A DNA stretch of 53,614 nt, counting the filler, from Sphacelaria rigidula (Eukaryota), in NCBI GenBank assembly GCA_964200075.2. It is 3 parts of 3 records of this genome, joined end to end, with 100 filler letters (N's around TTAATTAATTAA, not from the genome) between each part and the next. Parts side by side here need not be neighbours in the genome. Positions count along the whole stretch, not along the records: positions 1 to 17,806 come from CAXNAA020000988.1; positions 17,907 to 35,712 come from CAXNAA020000989.1; 1 more part is not named here. One strand, given 5' to 3'. Position 1 is the first letter of the stretch. Each line of letters starts with the position of its first letter. A program made the translations under genes and the position numbers. Positions 11,786 to 24,000 of this stretch are shown piece by piece. The notes beneath the pieces were generated by a model. It was not told where the DNA came from, did no database searches, and saw only the letters and a program-made list of their open reading frames with translations.

Positions 11786-14700
11786 ATGGTAGAATCAAGA
11801 AACACAACGGTACGCGAGCCCCCGGCAAGACCGAGGGATACACAATCACCCGTGGGACCAAGCATCATCAGCACCACTGCTGTTGGCGCAAAGTCGGAGA
11901 CCGTGAATGTACGAGGCCTTTTCGATCTCCCAGAAGGCGGGGTGGTGTCTTCCCTTGCGTTAACACCCGATGGCTGCTACGTGTTTGCTGGTTTCGGGGG
12001 AGGCGAGATCAGGCTTTACGCCCAGGCCTTGGGTACTGTCGGCGCGGCAAGCAAAGCTGGCACGATTGTTGCCCAAATTAGGTCCAAGGTGTGTTTTGTA
12101 TGTCCAGAGGATTTTGATTTGAGGCGCGGTGGTAAGGGGGTAGGGTATGATAACTGGCCTATGTCCGGGTTGTTTCCGTTGCTGTGGCAGGTGAAGGAGT
12201 GAGAGTCTTGGCATGAGCTTTCGCCGTAAACGGGATTGGATTCCCCGAGAGTGTATTTTTTTAAATCGATGCAGTCGAGCTTAGGGGACCCCACGCTGTC
12301 AGTAACGCATGATGTTGCAGTTCAAATTGTACATATCAGGCAGGACGGTTAGCGGTACAAGGCCGGCCTCGGCCTTGTTGAGGCCGAATGTTACGTGTGT
12401 AAAAACATGGCAGGCGAGGCAGACTAATACTGTGGACGATTATAATTGCTTTGCGTCAAGACATCGTACTGTACTGCCGTTGCTGCGGAGCCAACTGAAG
12501 TACTTGACTGACTGTAGTTGCTTTCACTCGTATAAAAACAGTTCTTTCATACAGCACGTGTCCGTCCTGGCCTGCATCTACAAACTACAGCAGACCCACT
12601 CAGGCACGAGGGGCAAATCCACAAGTACACCCGCAGCTCAAATGGACAATTTCGCGCACAAAGGCTTTTTGTCGATTTCCCTTGATGATGTCATGTCGAG
12701 CGATTCATGTGCACTGCAAAGCGCTCGCCCCCCATATCCTTGTCCGCTCAACCCTCCTTTTGCATGAGATTTAAACGGCGCACAGTCATTTATTACTGTA
12801 CAAGTTGTAGTACAGACAGTGACTTCCATTTTTCAAAAACTCCCAACGCCAAACCACTGCAAATATTTCAAATTTTGAAACGAGCATTGCTCCTGGGTGT
12901 TGCCTGAAAATGAGCGAGCACCTACACCTGCACTGATGCGAAATACACTCCACGATTGCCTATGTGCCCTCATGCGTTGACCTCCTCCTCTACTATGTTG
13001 CTGTAGATGTGTTGTGCCCTGAACTGAAACTTCCACTCCTCCTTCCCCTCCTCGAACATCCACCTCTCGACCTGTGTGGTGACGCGTGTTGCCACCACAG
13101 GGCATGTTCATTAACACAAAGGTGGAGTGTCACGTGGAGGCAAGTGAAGACGGACGCTTTGTGTTCGCAGGATTGTTTCGTGGATCCTCAGAGATGATTG
13201 CGCTTGACATCTCCGATTTGCCCAGATGGGGAACGCTTCCAACCCGAGAGGTGTGTATGTAAATGTATGTTTATGTTTACCCAGAGGAAGGCCAGATTTT
13301 AAAAAGGACATGCTGGAAATAATATGGAAATCGAACAAAATGAAAGGGAAGGAGGGCGGTTTACACCTCGATTCATGAAACGGGGAGGTTGGGGCCAGGG
13401 GGCAGATGGTGTCAGTGAAGCTCATGGTGCATGCTTGGGTTTAGCGTAGAGTCGAATAACTACTCGATCATGAGTCGAATGTCTCGACTACGGGGCTTCA
13501 GTGTACTGTTAGGTCGTGCTGTAAAACCAGGTTTCAGAGAGTCGGGACACGAGAGGAGGACCGAACTACAGCACGTAGCGGGGCTGAATGTTCATGTTTA
13601 AATATTCCTCGATCTTTGAAAATGCTTCATACGGTTCAGAGAGTATTTTTTTGGTTGCTGAGCAAAGATTTGCGTTGGAGGGGTGCGTGAGGGGGACAAA
13701 AAACGTGTGGACGGATGCGCAGGGGAAACAACTGAAGAACCTGTCGCGCCACCTAGAAGCCAGCGAAGACGTACGACGAAGACGGCAAAAAAACGGTTTC
13801 CTTGCCACGAGTAAAGGACCCTGGTCTAACTATAATAGGTCGTGGTGCGAGTGAGGTATGGGTTACTGGTGACATTTGGTATGGCACCACGTGGCTCTAT
13901 TTCCGCCATGAACGCAGTTTTACTACCCGATACATCGGCAAAAGGGTTTGGAAAAGTGCACACACACTGTAGTATGTAGTCAATGGATGCCGTATGTAGA
14001 CAAAATATGTACTGGATGAAGTATGGACATATTGCAACTATTGACGGCCCGACATTAGTTGCAAGAGGTGTATACTTTACCCAGTACACTTCTTGTCTAT
14101 AGCATATGTTGACCATATATTGTCACTGTCCAGGATGTGGAAAAGTGTCTGCAAAAAGACTCGCTGAGGGAAACAGCAGTTGCAAAATATTTTCGATAGC
14201 CTGTGTGTGTGTTGTCGTCCCATCTATTTTGGACGCCGGTCTACACCTTTCCTTATATGTGGGCGCACCAGCCGGGGTCACACAGGAGGAAGGGCCAACA
14301 CAGGAGATTCTTTCTTTTTGGTTTGTTTACAGTTCTCCACCTCCCTTCTGCGGTGCTTGCCTTTTTATTTTTTTATCGCGAGAGGGGTTCAGCAGTCCCT
14401 CTCCCTCGTTGACAGTTGAGTCAAATTTAGTGTACCCACGACATGGTCGCTCCTCACTGTTGGGCATTGTGTGAGAAAAAATCCCAGATCGCTCCGAGAC
14501 TCCAACTTACGACCCAATCGTGAGAGGGTTTCGAGGTTACCAAGTGAGCTACTGGGGCGACCAGCAAAGTCTACGTATAAATTCGAGAATCCAGCCTCTG
14601 CGCTCGCGTCTACCTGCTTTTATTTTCACCCGCGAATTCACGTGCGTAGCGTAGGATGAAATTACTTCGAAGATCACACCGCACAAAATAGGTGACGCCT

Positions 14701-16921
14701 GGCTCATGGCTTTTTTGCAAGTTTATCTGTCAGTCATATACATACTGAGGTGTTGTGTCGGCCACCCGTGTAGTCCTGCCAGCGGCCCGTGTTGCAAAGA
14801 GTTTGGTGTGCAGAAGACTTGCATAGTCGGGGTCATTTTAATATTACCGTTGTGTAAATCGTTCGGCCTATTGTACAGTCGGGAAGCGCCGCCGCGTCCC
14901 GGGGGTCTGTCTAATAGTCTAATGGTACAGCTGACACCGTTGGGTCGGAAAATGTGGGTTGGATTCCCGCGAGATGCGTTTAGTTTGCATACAGCACCTG
15001 ATTCCCGTCGTTGGAAGCGGAAGGACGTGAGTAACGCAAAGAGGTTGTTTGACTGGTTTGCTCCGCGAGCGTCGACGCGGTGTGCTCGAGTGCTGATCTC
15101 ACCCGCGATGTATACTCAAATGAAGAGGCTGTGCCGAGGGGGAGACCTCGAGACCACGGACTCACCTCGATGAGGGGTTCAAAATGTTAAGGAACAAACA
15201 CAGTGCTGCACGCACTCGCATGATCTATGGACATAACACATTACTGACCACGAGGCCGCGCGTGTTCGGAGAGTACGCTATTTCAATCGGAAGAAATCGT
15301 ACATGACGGGAAAATAGCACACACAAGTGTATCGCAGTACATTGCGTATACAGACAGTACACTATATGTTTTGTATACTTGTAACACTTCATTTTCGCGA
15401 TAAATCTCACGTCATACACGAAAGTTAAACTGCGCCCTCAGCTTCTCACCGTCTCACATATACCCATGCTGTTCTTTCGAGATACATGGCCGCACTGTTC
15501 TTTAGAAATGCTCAACAGTACAGCATGAATCGAATCGTTCAAATTTTCGGTTCGCTCATTTTTGATTCGCCCATCAGGAGGCGCGCCTATTGAAAGCGGC
15601 AACTCGGGTCGACCTCAACCGCCGCATCCGCACCTACTCCCACACCGACGGCAAGCTCAAAGGCTTCGGGGCCTCGGCCGTCTGCAAGGGATCCGACCGC
15701 TCCCAGTGGAGCGGCGAGTACCGATTGTTCTGCGGACGAGGCATCAAGAACATTCACGTCTGGTCCTTCAAGCCCTCGCCCGGGGGGGAGCTGATGGCCG
15801 AACCAGGAGTAGCCGCGAAGGGGGTGCTGGGCAGTGGGGGTGGGCAGTGGACTTGCCTGTACGACACCCACACGAACGGAGCAACGGTGGAGCTCCTGGC
15901 CTTCCGCAACGGTGGCCTGGAAGGGATATCAAAGGTGACAGACGGATGACAGTTTCGGCGTGTGAAGCATGTTGTCGTCTCGTAATTGTGAAAACGTTGC
16001 CCGTCCCGTTGTCATGATCCTAAAAGGTTTCGACGATGATGTCTGAAGCCCAAACGTGTGGGAGAGGGAGGAGAAGCAAAGAGGCGTTTTCGACAAGCAA
16101 TTCATGAACACTGAACGCAGGCCAGGCTTCACTTTGCAAGCTTGTTGGGTGTGAAAAATACTACGGTGAAAACTGTCCTCACCAGCCTCTCCCAGCTGGG
16201 GCAGGTTATCGGCCGTACTGTGTACCTCGGTTTGGTTGTGATCGTTGCGCGCACAGCAGTACCCTTTCGTGTGTCGCTTCGTGTCATGGACGTGATTCCG
16301 AGGTTGTTCGGATTTGCCAAGAGAGCGTGGGTGCTTCTGGAAGCCTCACTCGTCGGACGTGATATGCCATGGGTGTCGTTTTGCTTTTGTGGGAGGTATT
16401 TCCATTTCGATTTCTTCATCTGCCGCAACTCGTTCATGTTTTTAATCCCTTCTCGAAAGCACTCATGCACGCACGAGCGGTGGTGTTTTTTTCGTTCCTG
16501 ACGCCCATGCCTAGCCCAGATAACGAGCACTCATATCATTGCGTGCTCCCCGTCAATTTAAAACATCCCACCGTCAGGCATGAATGCCTTCTTCATCGAA
16601 TGTTTCATTTGGTGTCTTTGGGCTGTGCGTGTGTGTGTGTGTGTGTGCTGGGTGGTTGCGCATGCTGTGCGTCGGATGCTCTCCATTGCTTCACCTTTAT
16701 TCTTCTCCATATAAACGGCCACACTGGCTGTTCGTTGAAAAAATGATGAAAATCTGTTGACTTCCGCGTGTCACCACTGCACCCCACTAATTACATACCC
16801 CTGCTTTTGATGCCTTTGCTGACCCCCCCTGCAGTCGACAGATGCCAACGTACGTGTTTGGGACCTCAGCGACCACGAGAAGCATCCCAAGCCCACATTC
16901 CGCGATATAAGTAATTCCAAG
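11786..16921 (+). CDS. WD40-repeat protein, 5' part; truncated by contig end
   Basis: Phase-0 GT-AG exons 11786-12088 (VSSLALTPDGCYVFAGFGGGEIRLY), 13101-13250 (VEASEDGRFVFAG), 15578-15934 (LFCGRGIKNIHVWSF), 16835-16921 (STDANVRVWDL). These are typical WD40 blade motifs. Confidence 0.85.
14202..14564 (-). mobile_element. tRNA-derived SINE (family A), full length
   Basis: Matches the other copies. Head (minus strand) GGTCGCCCCAGTAGCTCACTTGGTAACCTCGAAACC, (CA)n tail. Lies in a WD40 intron. Confidence 0.85.
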
Positions 16922-17076
16922 GTGAGGAATTGCTGGTATTACCTCGAATGCATGAGCATGCGCTCATGGCGTGCATGTTCACCACCGCTTCTATCCCAAA
17001 ATGACTGAAAAATGATCCTCAGAGTGAGTTTTCCCTCGAGTCGGTAGCATTTTCATGTCAAGGATGAAGTGATTGA

Positions 17077-17298
17077 CCCGTGTGGCCCAAATTCGACCTC
17101 ATGGTCGATGAGGGAAAGGGACTGCTGAACCCCTTGTGCGATAAAAAATGAAAGATGAGCACCGCAGAAGGGAGGTGGAGAACTATAAACAAACCAACAA
17201 GAAATAATCTCCTGTGTTGGCCTTCCTCCTGTGTGACCCCGGCTGGTCCGCCCACATGTACCGAAAGGTGTAAACCGGCGTCCATGATGGACAACACA
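17077..17298 (+). mobile_element. SINE family A, 5'-truncated copy
   Basis: Reverse complement of the 3' half of the other copies (TGTGTGACCCCGGCTGGT...GACAACACA). Confidence 0.8.
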
Positions 17299-17755
17299 TT
17301 GCCCATCAGCGGGCTTTTAATATCTATGATGAAAGTTGTCAGCGTTTCGGGGTGTCATCTAGTGTTGGTACAACGGATCATTGAGTTGTATTTCCCGGTG
17401 CTTCCAACTTCTTTGCATTACTGTGATGCTGATGGAAACGCGGAGACCATGACAGTGTCCACTGATGCACGCAACCCGCGTCGGTGGCCGCTACCATGAT
17501 TGCTGGTGCCTTGGGACTGTACCAAGACTTCGGAGTGCTCGTGGAAGAAGTTGTGAAACCTAGCAAACAGGAACTATTTGTAAAGGAAAATCAAATTCCG
17601 ATTTGAATGACAGCCTCATTGAACATTTCTTGATCCAACCATTACAGTGATGTCTTTCTTGTGCCCCGAACACAAGTACTGTGCATCCCGCAAACGTCAT
17701 GGAAGGGATATGCAAACCGTGCGCTCTGCCACGAAACACCCCCGTTCAATTGCCC

Positions 17756-17800
<45 letters not shown>

Positions 17801-17806
17801 TTCATC

Positions 17807-17906
17807 NNNNNNNNNNNNNNNNNNNNNNNNNNNNNNNNNNNNNNNNNNNNTTAATTAATTAANNNNNNNNNNNNNNNNNNNNNNNNNNNNNNNNNNNNNN
17901 NNNNNN
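17807..17906. other. Artificial contig-join spacer
   Basis: 44 N + TTAATTAATTAA (stops in all six frames) + 44 N. Confidence 0.98.
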
Positions 17907-18670
17907 TTTGTTTGGGTTTCGGTGGCTTGTTTTACAGCGCCGTTGCCACTCGACGCCAACCCAAGAGTCTAGAGGTGAGGGGGGTAGGGGGGGGTTCCGA
18001 GCGGGTGGGATACCAGCGTTTCTCGTTTTGCAAACCTGTTCGTGCTCCGTAAATCCGACGGACCCGCCCGGAAAACCCTACCGCAATAATGCGATCGTTT
18101 GTTCCCAACTGTTAACCGTGGTAATACAGCCATCTAATGATAACGGGAAACCGCAGCTGCTCGCTTAGTCTCGCTGTAATTTGTGTGCATTGTCGACAGC
18201 CTCAGGGCAAGACGTGTGGATGTCAAGGTTGCCTGAGACGGATTGGCTGCGCGGCTGCTTGCTGCGGGACTACAACGCGAGTTGGTCAATGTCAGCCGAT
18301 TCACGCCCTGCCAATGCTCCCAGTTTCGGTTCATTAGCAGGGGATTTCGTTGTCACCAAGTCGGCTTTGAACCGAACGAGCTACCTACCCATACCCGGCA
18401 ACGGAAGAGACAAGAGTGTACGTAAGTGTTGATATAATGCGATGGTTGGACAGTCCAGTGGCACGGACTTTGAAACTCAGCTACAATAGCACCATCCCTG
18501 CGCTATACGTTCTTCATTTTATACCGTAAGATGCACATCAGATGCTGGCTGACCGTGCCTCCGCGAGCGTTCGGCTTGTTTCTGGTGCACACCGTATTTT
18601 TCTCCTCACCGACAGGACCGCATCGTTTCCACCACTCGTTGCTGTCTACGATCACGTTTTGCGTCAACAG

Positions 18671-20978
18671 GGGACACTCTCTTATATGCTGGCAAATTTG
18701 TTCCCTTACGTGGGGTTCATGGCGGCGGGGTTCGATGGGAAGTCCAGAGACAGTGCAGGTAAGGAGTAGTCCCGCCGTCTGTTTTGTTTCTTGCTTGTCT
18801 CAGCTCAATCACCGCGGTCGTTTTTTTCTTCATCCTTTTTCTTCATCAAATGTACCGATCGTATCGCAGCAGCTACGATTGGAAAAACACTTGTAAGTGT
18901 TCGACAAGATTGTTTCGAGCTGCGATGTGCTACTAAATGAAAGGAACGTGTAGATATACCAAGTCGACTCAAGGTGCCGTTGCAAAAATACATCAATTTG
19001 TGGGCATCAAGCCTATGGCATGCGCTTTATGCCATGCACCCTGAAACAGGAGTGTATACTGAAGCACTGTGTCACGGTAAGAAGTCCCTGGTTGACACGA
19101 AGAGGGACTGAAAGACCTCTTCTACTAGCACCTTTCATTCATTGGCTTGTGCTGCTATCTCATGGCTGGTACTCCCAGGCTTCGTGGCCGGCTACATCGC
19201 CAGCTCGTTCACGTTTGGTCGGCTCGTATCGAGCTATTTCTGGGGCTGGGCGGCCGATCGGTATGGCCGCAAACCGGTGATGATCTGGAGCAGTGCATCC
19301 ATCGGCATAGGGGCTCTCTTTTTTGGGGTGTCTGATTCTTTATCGTGGGCGCTCACTTCAAGGTGAGATATTGCGATATTTATGGCACAACAGCAACGTA
19401 GCAGACCACGGGTACGCTTCATTACTTGTACGATCACCTGCACACATACGCTCGCGCTAGGTAGTCCATCATGTCCACCCATGCCCAACGCTGACCGTAA
19501 TGCCTCCGACCCTACGAAACGTTTTGTTCTCTCACAAGTATGGATGATTTTGGGTTCGAGTCACTTGACAGGGACAACGATATGTAGATTGCGCACATTT
19601 TTTGTCCTACCTTGTGGCCACCTGACTCTCGCTGATACGCCTGCAGTATAGTTGCATGTCTGCATTTACTCGTCATTGAACTCCGATTTGCCTACGATGC
19701 ACATGCGCACGTTCGTTGGGTCGAACTCCGGAGTAGTATCCACCTCCCTTTGACCATTCGTGCTTGTCATTGGACTCAAACATCTGCTTTTTGTGGCGAT
19801 ATCCGACCCTGTGTCTTCCGCAACATGTAATTCGCATCGTCACGGAGATATCAGGATTGGATATATGGACCCCAACCTTTGCCAGTCCGTCGACGTAGCG
19901 ATGATTAAGGACCCCTGTTTTTGTGCAACTGTTGTGTGCGTCGCCACGGTGCGCCATTTCGTCCACGGGCGTGTGCTAGGTCTGCGAAATGATTAAGTGC
20001 AGGTAAACTGAAAGCGTGGACGCACCAAAGAATGGCGTCGATAGCCGAGAGCGAGCACCTCGAACACCAACATGATGTGACCTGCAATTTACCTCCACCC
20101 GAAATTGCGCGCGTTGAAGCGCCGTCGCTGCCTGTTGAACCTCCAATACGGTCAATTGCACTGTACATCATTCCCAAACGAACACTTCACACGACACTGA
20201 TGGTGAGTAGCTTTTCGATGCACACAAATACTAAGTACTTAGTGCCGATATGCCTCTCCTCCCCCCCTCTCCACCCCCAGCATTCATTGCGTAAGCAAAG
20301 CCACCAGGTTACCGTTGCCCTCGTGAAGGGCATGATCATACTATGCAGTGTTTAAATGGTGAGACACCCACGAGGTAGCGTGCAAGCCGTGGATGTCTCT
20401 GGAAGTGGCGAAACCATAAAATGAAGCAACTCATTGGAGGCTACCATCCAGGTGCAAGGTGGATGGATGGGAGGAGACGTGTGGCCGAACAGTCTTAGCA
20501 AGATTAAGGTTACCCTTCATGCGGCTCGCTGAACACATCCCGACGCTTCGCGCTGGGTAATTGATGGCGAGCCTGGTACAGCAAAAATCTGGCGTGCTCC
20601 GTCCCAGCTTTGTAGGGATGCGAGGTCAATGGTCATATGACTACGGCATGGAATATCACAAGTACAGTCCCTCCCCCCCCCGCTCCGCCTCCTGCTTCTG
20701 ATTTCGTACACTTTCGGGGATGGCCTTCCTCCCGAAATATATCGATGCCCTCCTGGCATTGTCCATGGTTGTTATCAGGTTTTTAATGGGCCTGTCGAAT
20801 GGCACCATGTCGACGGGGAGGACGCTGATACCAGAGGTTGCGGGCAAGGAGCACACAGTTACTGCCATGTCGTACTTGGCAGGTAAGCAAACAGGGTCGG
20901 AGATGGTCACCACTGGTGGTTTCCGTTCTTGTGTTGTAGCGTGACATTTATGCTGTGGGGTCTGCCTTTATATTGAGG

Positions 20979-21010
<32 letters not shown>

Positions 21011-24000
21011 GCTGTCTTCACATTACAAAAAACCGTTCCGATATCTGCGCGGTACATTCGTACTGGGCATATGATGCGGACGCCTCCCGTGGTCACAGGC
21101 TAGCTACCTATAATAATGTTTGGGGAAATCAATCAAAACCAAAAAATCAAAATAGACCTGGATTAAAACCCACGAAACGCGATACAAGCAAAACAGGGAT
21201 AAATAATAAAGAAGAAGGAGAATACATATGGCTGGCCTCAGAAGATCCGGTGCCGCAGGTGGCCATTCGGACTTCAGGGGGTGGCACCCGGCTTTCCAAC
21301 TCGACGCGCGAGGCCGAGTAGAAATAAACATAGGGTCCGACTACGGGCGAGACTCAAGGTCCCAAATACCACCAACCAAAGAACTAAGAAATCGCAAGGT
21401 TCCATCTTTCGACCTCTCAAGGGACAGCCATACGTACAAGCATACCAGGTGTATCAAGACAAGCACTGCATGACATAACGACACCCCTCGAGTTCACCCC
21501 CCACACGCCCCTTCTATTAACCGTCGTCATTGCTGTGCCTTGTGGGCTTCGTTGGTCTCCCGTCTAATCGCACGCAGTCGGCTGGCCTCCTCTTCATTTC
21601 TGTGCCATGAGGTCATGAACCTCTCCGCTCCACACAGCACTCCCGCATGCCACGGCAGTCCCCCCTCCTTATTCGCTGCTGAGGTCCATAGACCCGGTCG
21701 ATTCCGAACGTCTGGCGGTTGTAGTCCGTAGGGCCATCTGTGGCTCAAAACGCGTGGAGATCGGCCCTCAGGCTGAGGTTGTTGCCATTATTGTTCTAGT
21801 GTTTGTCATATTAGTGGTGCGTTCTCAGTCGTATTATGGTCTCAATTCGCCCCTGCAAATAACAGCCATGTTTCTATACTCTGCAATTGTCCCTGGAGCT
21901 GTTTTCGTGAACATGACATGGTACGCTGAGCGTAGTCCTGATATGAGGCTTTCGCGCTCGTGAACCTAGAATCTGCTTGAAGTAAATCCATTTTATAAGT
22001 TTTGCAGACACGCACAGATTCCGCGATCCTTGAAAACACCGACACGCAAGACTCCTTATCCAATTGTCATCATTTCACTCGGGAGAGCAACATTCGATAT
22101 GTAGCTCCTCCTGCCGACAGACTCTATCCGATGAGCTCGCCGCAAGAGGTTGCGATACCTGTGGTTTTGATGCTCTTGAACACAAGCGGGGCCGAAAGTA
22201 AGTGGTGGAGTCTGGTAGCACTCAACCTTGCGCTTGATTACACACAATACCCCGCCGCTGTTCACCATGCGCCGGTGGAGGGAGGTTGTTGTTGGTGAGA
22301 GGGGTTGTCAGTCGCCACGTTTCACTCACCGTCGTCGCCGTTGGTATGCTGCGGCACAGATAACGCTGACCGCCGTTCTTAACTCGTGCTTGCGTAGTAC
22401 GGATTGCCGACATAGTTCTTGTTGCGTGGTGTGTGTCGCAGGTGCTTGTTGCTTGGGTATGATCTTTGGACCCGCGTTAGGGGGACTGCTCGCGGAGCCA
22501 GCTGTGCATTATCCGCTCTTGTTCTCGGCCACGGGCGTGTTTGGCAGGTAGTAGCCCGCTGCTACATCTACACTTGCGAGAGTAGGTTGCATTGATTAAG
22601 CGATAGCGCTGGACCAACACCATTCCGTGAGTACTTAAGGGCCGCGAAGGCCGGTGAAACCTGCGTTCAAGCGCGAGTATGGTAGAACGTGACTCGGCGC
22701 ACGTGTGGTATACCCTAACCTGGCTCGCTTGCTATTGTACCCTTATTGAGTGAAAGCGGTACCGAGGATGCGCTGGCTATCCGCCCGCTGGCGTCCTGGA
22801 GTCTCCAGCCGTACCCTTCTCACGCACTATCGTATACCGCCTGATAGTCTCCAGCCGTATTCTGCTCAAGCACTATCGTATATGCCTCTTCCCCGTCTTT
22901 CCAGGCATCCATACCTGCTGCCCAACGTCGTCGGAGCTCTATTGTGTTTCAGCACGATCCCGTTGCTCATTGTTATTCTGCCCGAGACCGCGCAATTCAT
23001 CCGCACCTCTTCGGGCAATGATGGAACCCAAGATACTGAACGGTCAGTTTCGTGAAGCAGCCAGTAGCCACAACGGATGGCTCAAAACTTGCGAGCAGTA
23101 GCAAGTGATGGGTGAAGAGATGCTGACTTCTCGTTGCACAATGACGTCGATTATAGTTGTCTGGAATGAACACTAGCGCAGTAGTGCACGCAGTGCCATA
23201 GAGCTGAGGTTTTGTCGTATTGGCGATGGTGGCCCGTCATGGTAAGTTGTTGTCATGACGAGGATGGTAGGTGTCAACTGCCGATGGTTTGCTTCATCAT
23301 TTCGCGTGTACGATTAATCATTCTCCACTCGCTGCACTTGTACCTTGTCTCACCACAGGATAGATTACGTGCCTCAGGAGTTTACCCCATGATGGTGTTA
23401 TTGTCAGCTGTGAATCCGGTGAACGAAAGCCTGAAAGCGCGTCCGAGAATAATTCAAACAGCGAAGACAACCCGTTTTACCACCCACAACCCTATTCACG
23501 GATGATGTGTCGTGTTTCTACGCAATGCTCCGTGACTTTTTAGGACAGTCTTGATTGACAGCCAGGTCGTCGTGGACTACTTTCAAGGCATGACAAGGTA
23601 ATTCTCTTCCTGTCAGACCTTTGAACCCCGTTCCAGAAACGCCATCTTCTAACACCCCAATCTCGACGCACCAATCCGCTCGTCGCCGATATTCACGACA
23701 ACCAGCACGCGGCATTACAACGGTGCGGCAGGCGAGACAACGGGAAAAATGATTTTCGATGCTGACGACGATCTCATGCCCACCGAAGTGGGAGAGGAGG
23801 ATGGAGATGGAACTCCAACACAGTCCCTGGAAAACGCTTTGCTAGACACCGAAGTGGGGATGGAGAGTAGCACTTCAAGAAAGAGCAATAGCCTCCTTTG
23901 CATTAACCCCTCTCTTCTGGAAGATAGGGGCGAGGGGGGGACTGGGTATGGATCCATCAACGGTCGTGCCACTGGTAGGGTGAAGGATGACACCGTCGGC

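Noticed and set aside
17851..17862. TTAATTAATTAA palindromes (also 35757-35768)
   Set aside because: Artificial six-frame-stop linker.
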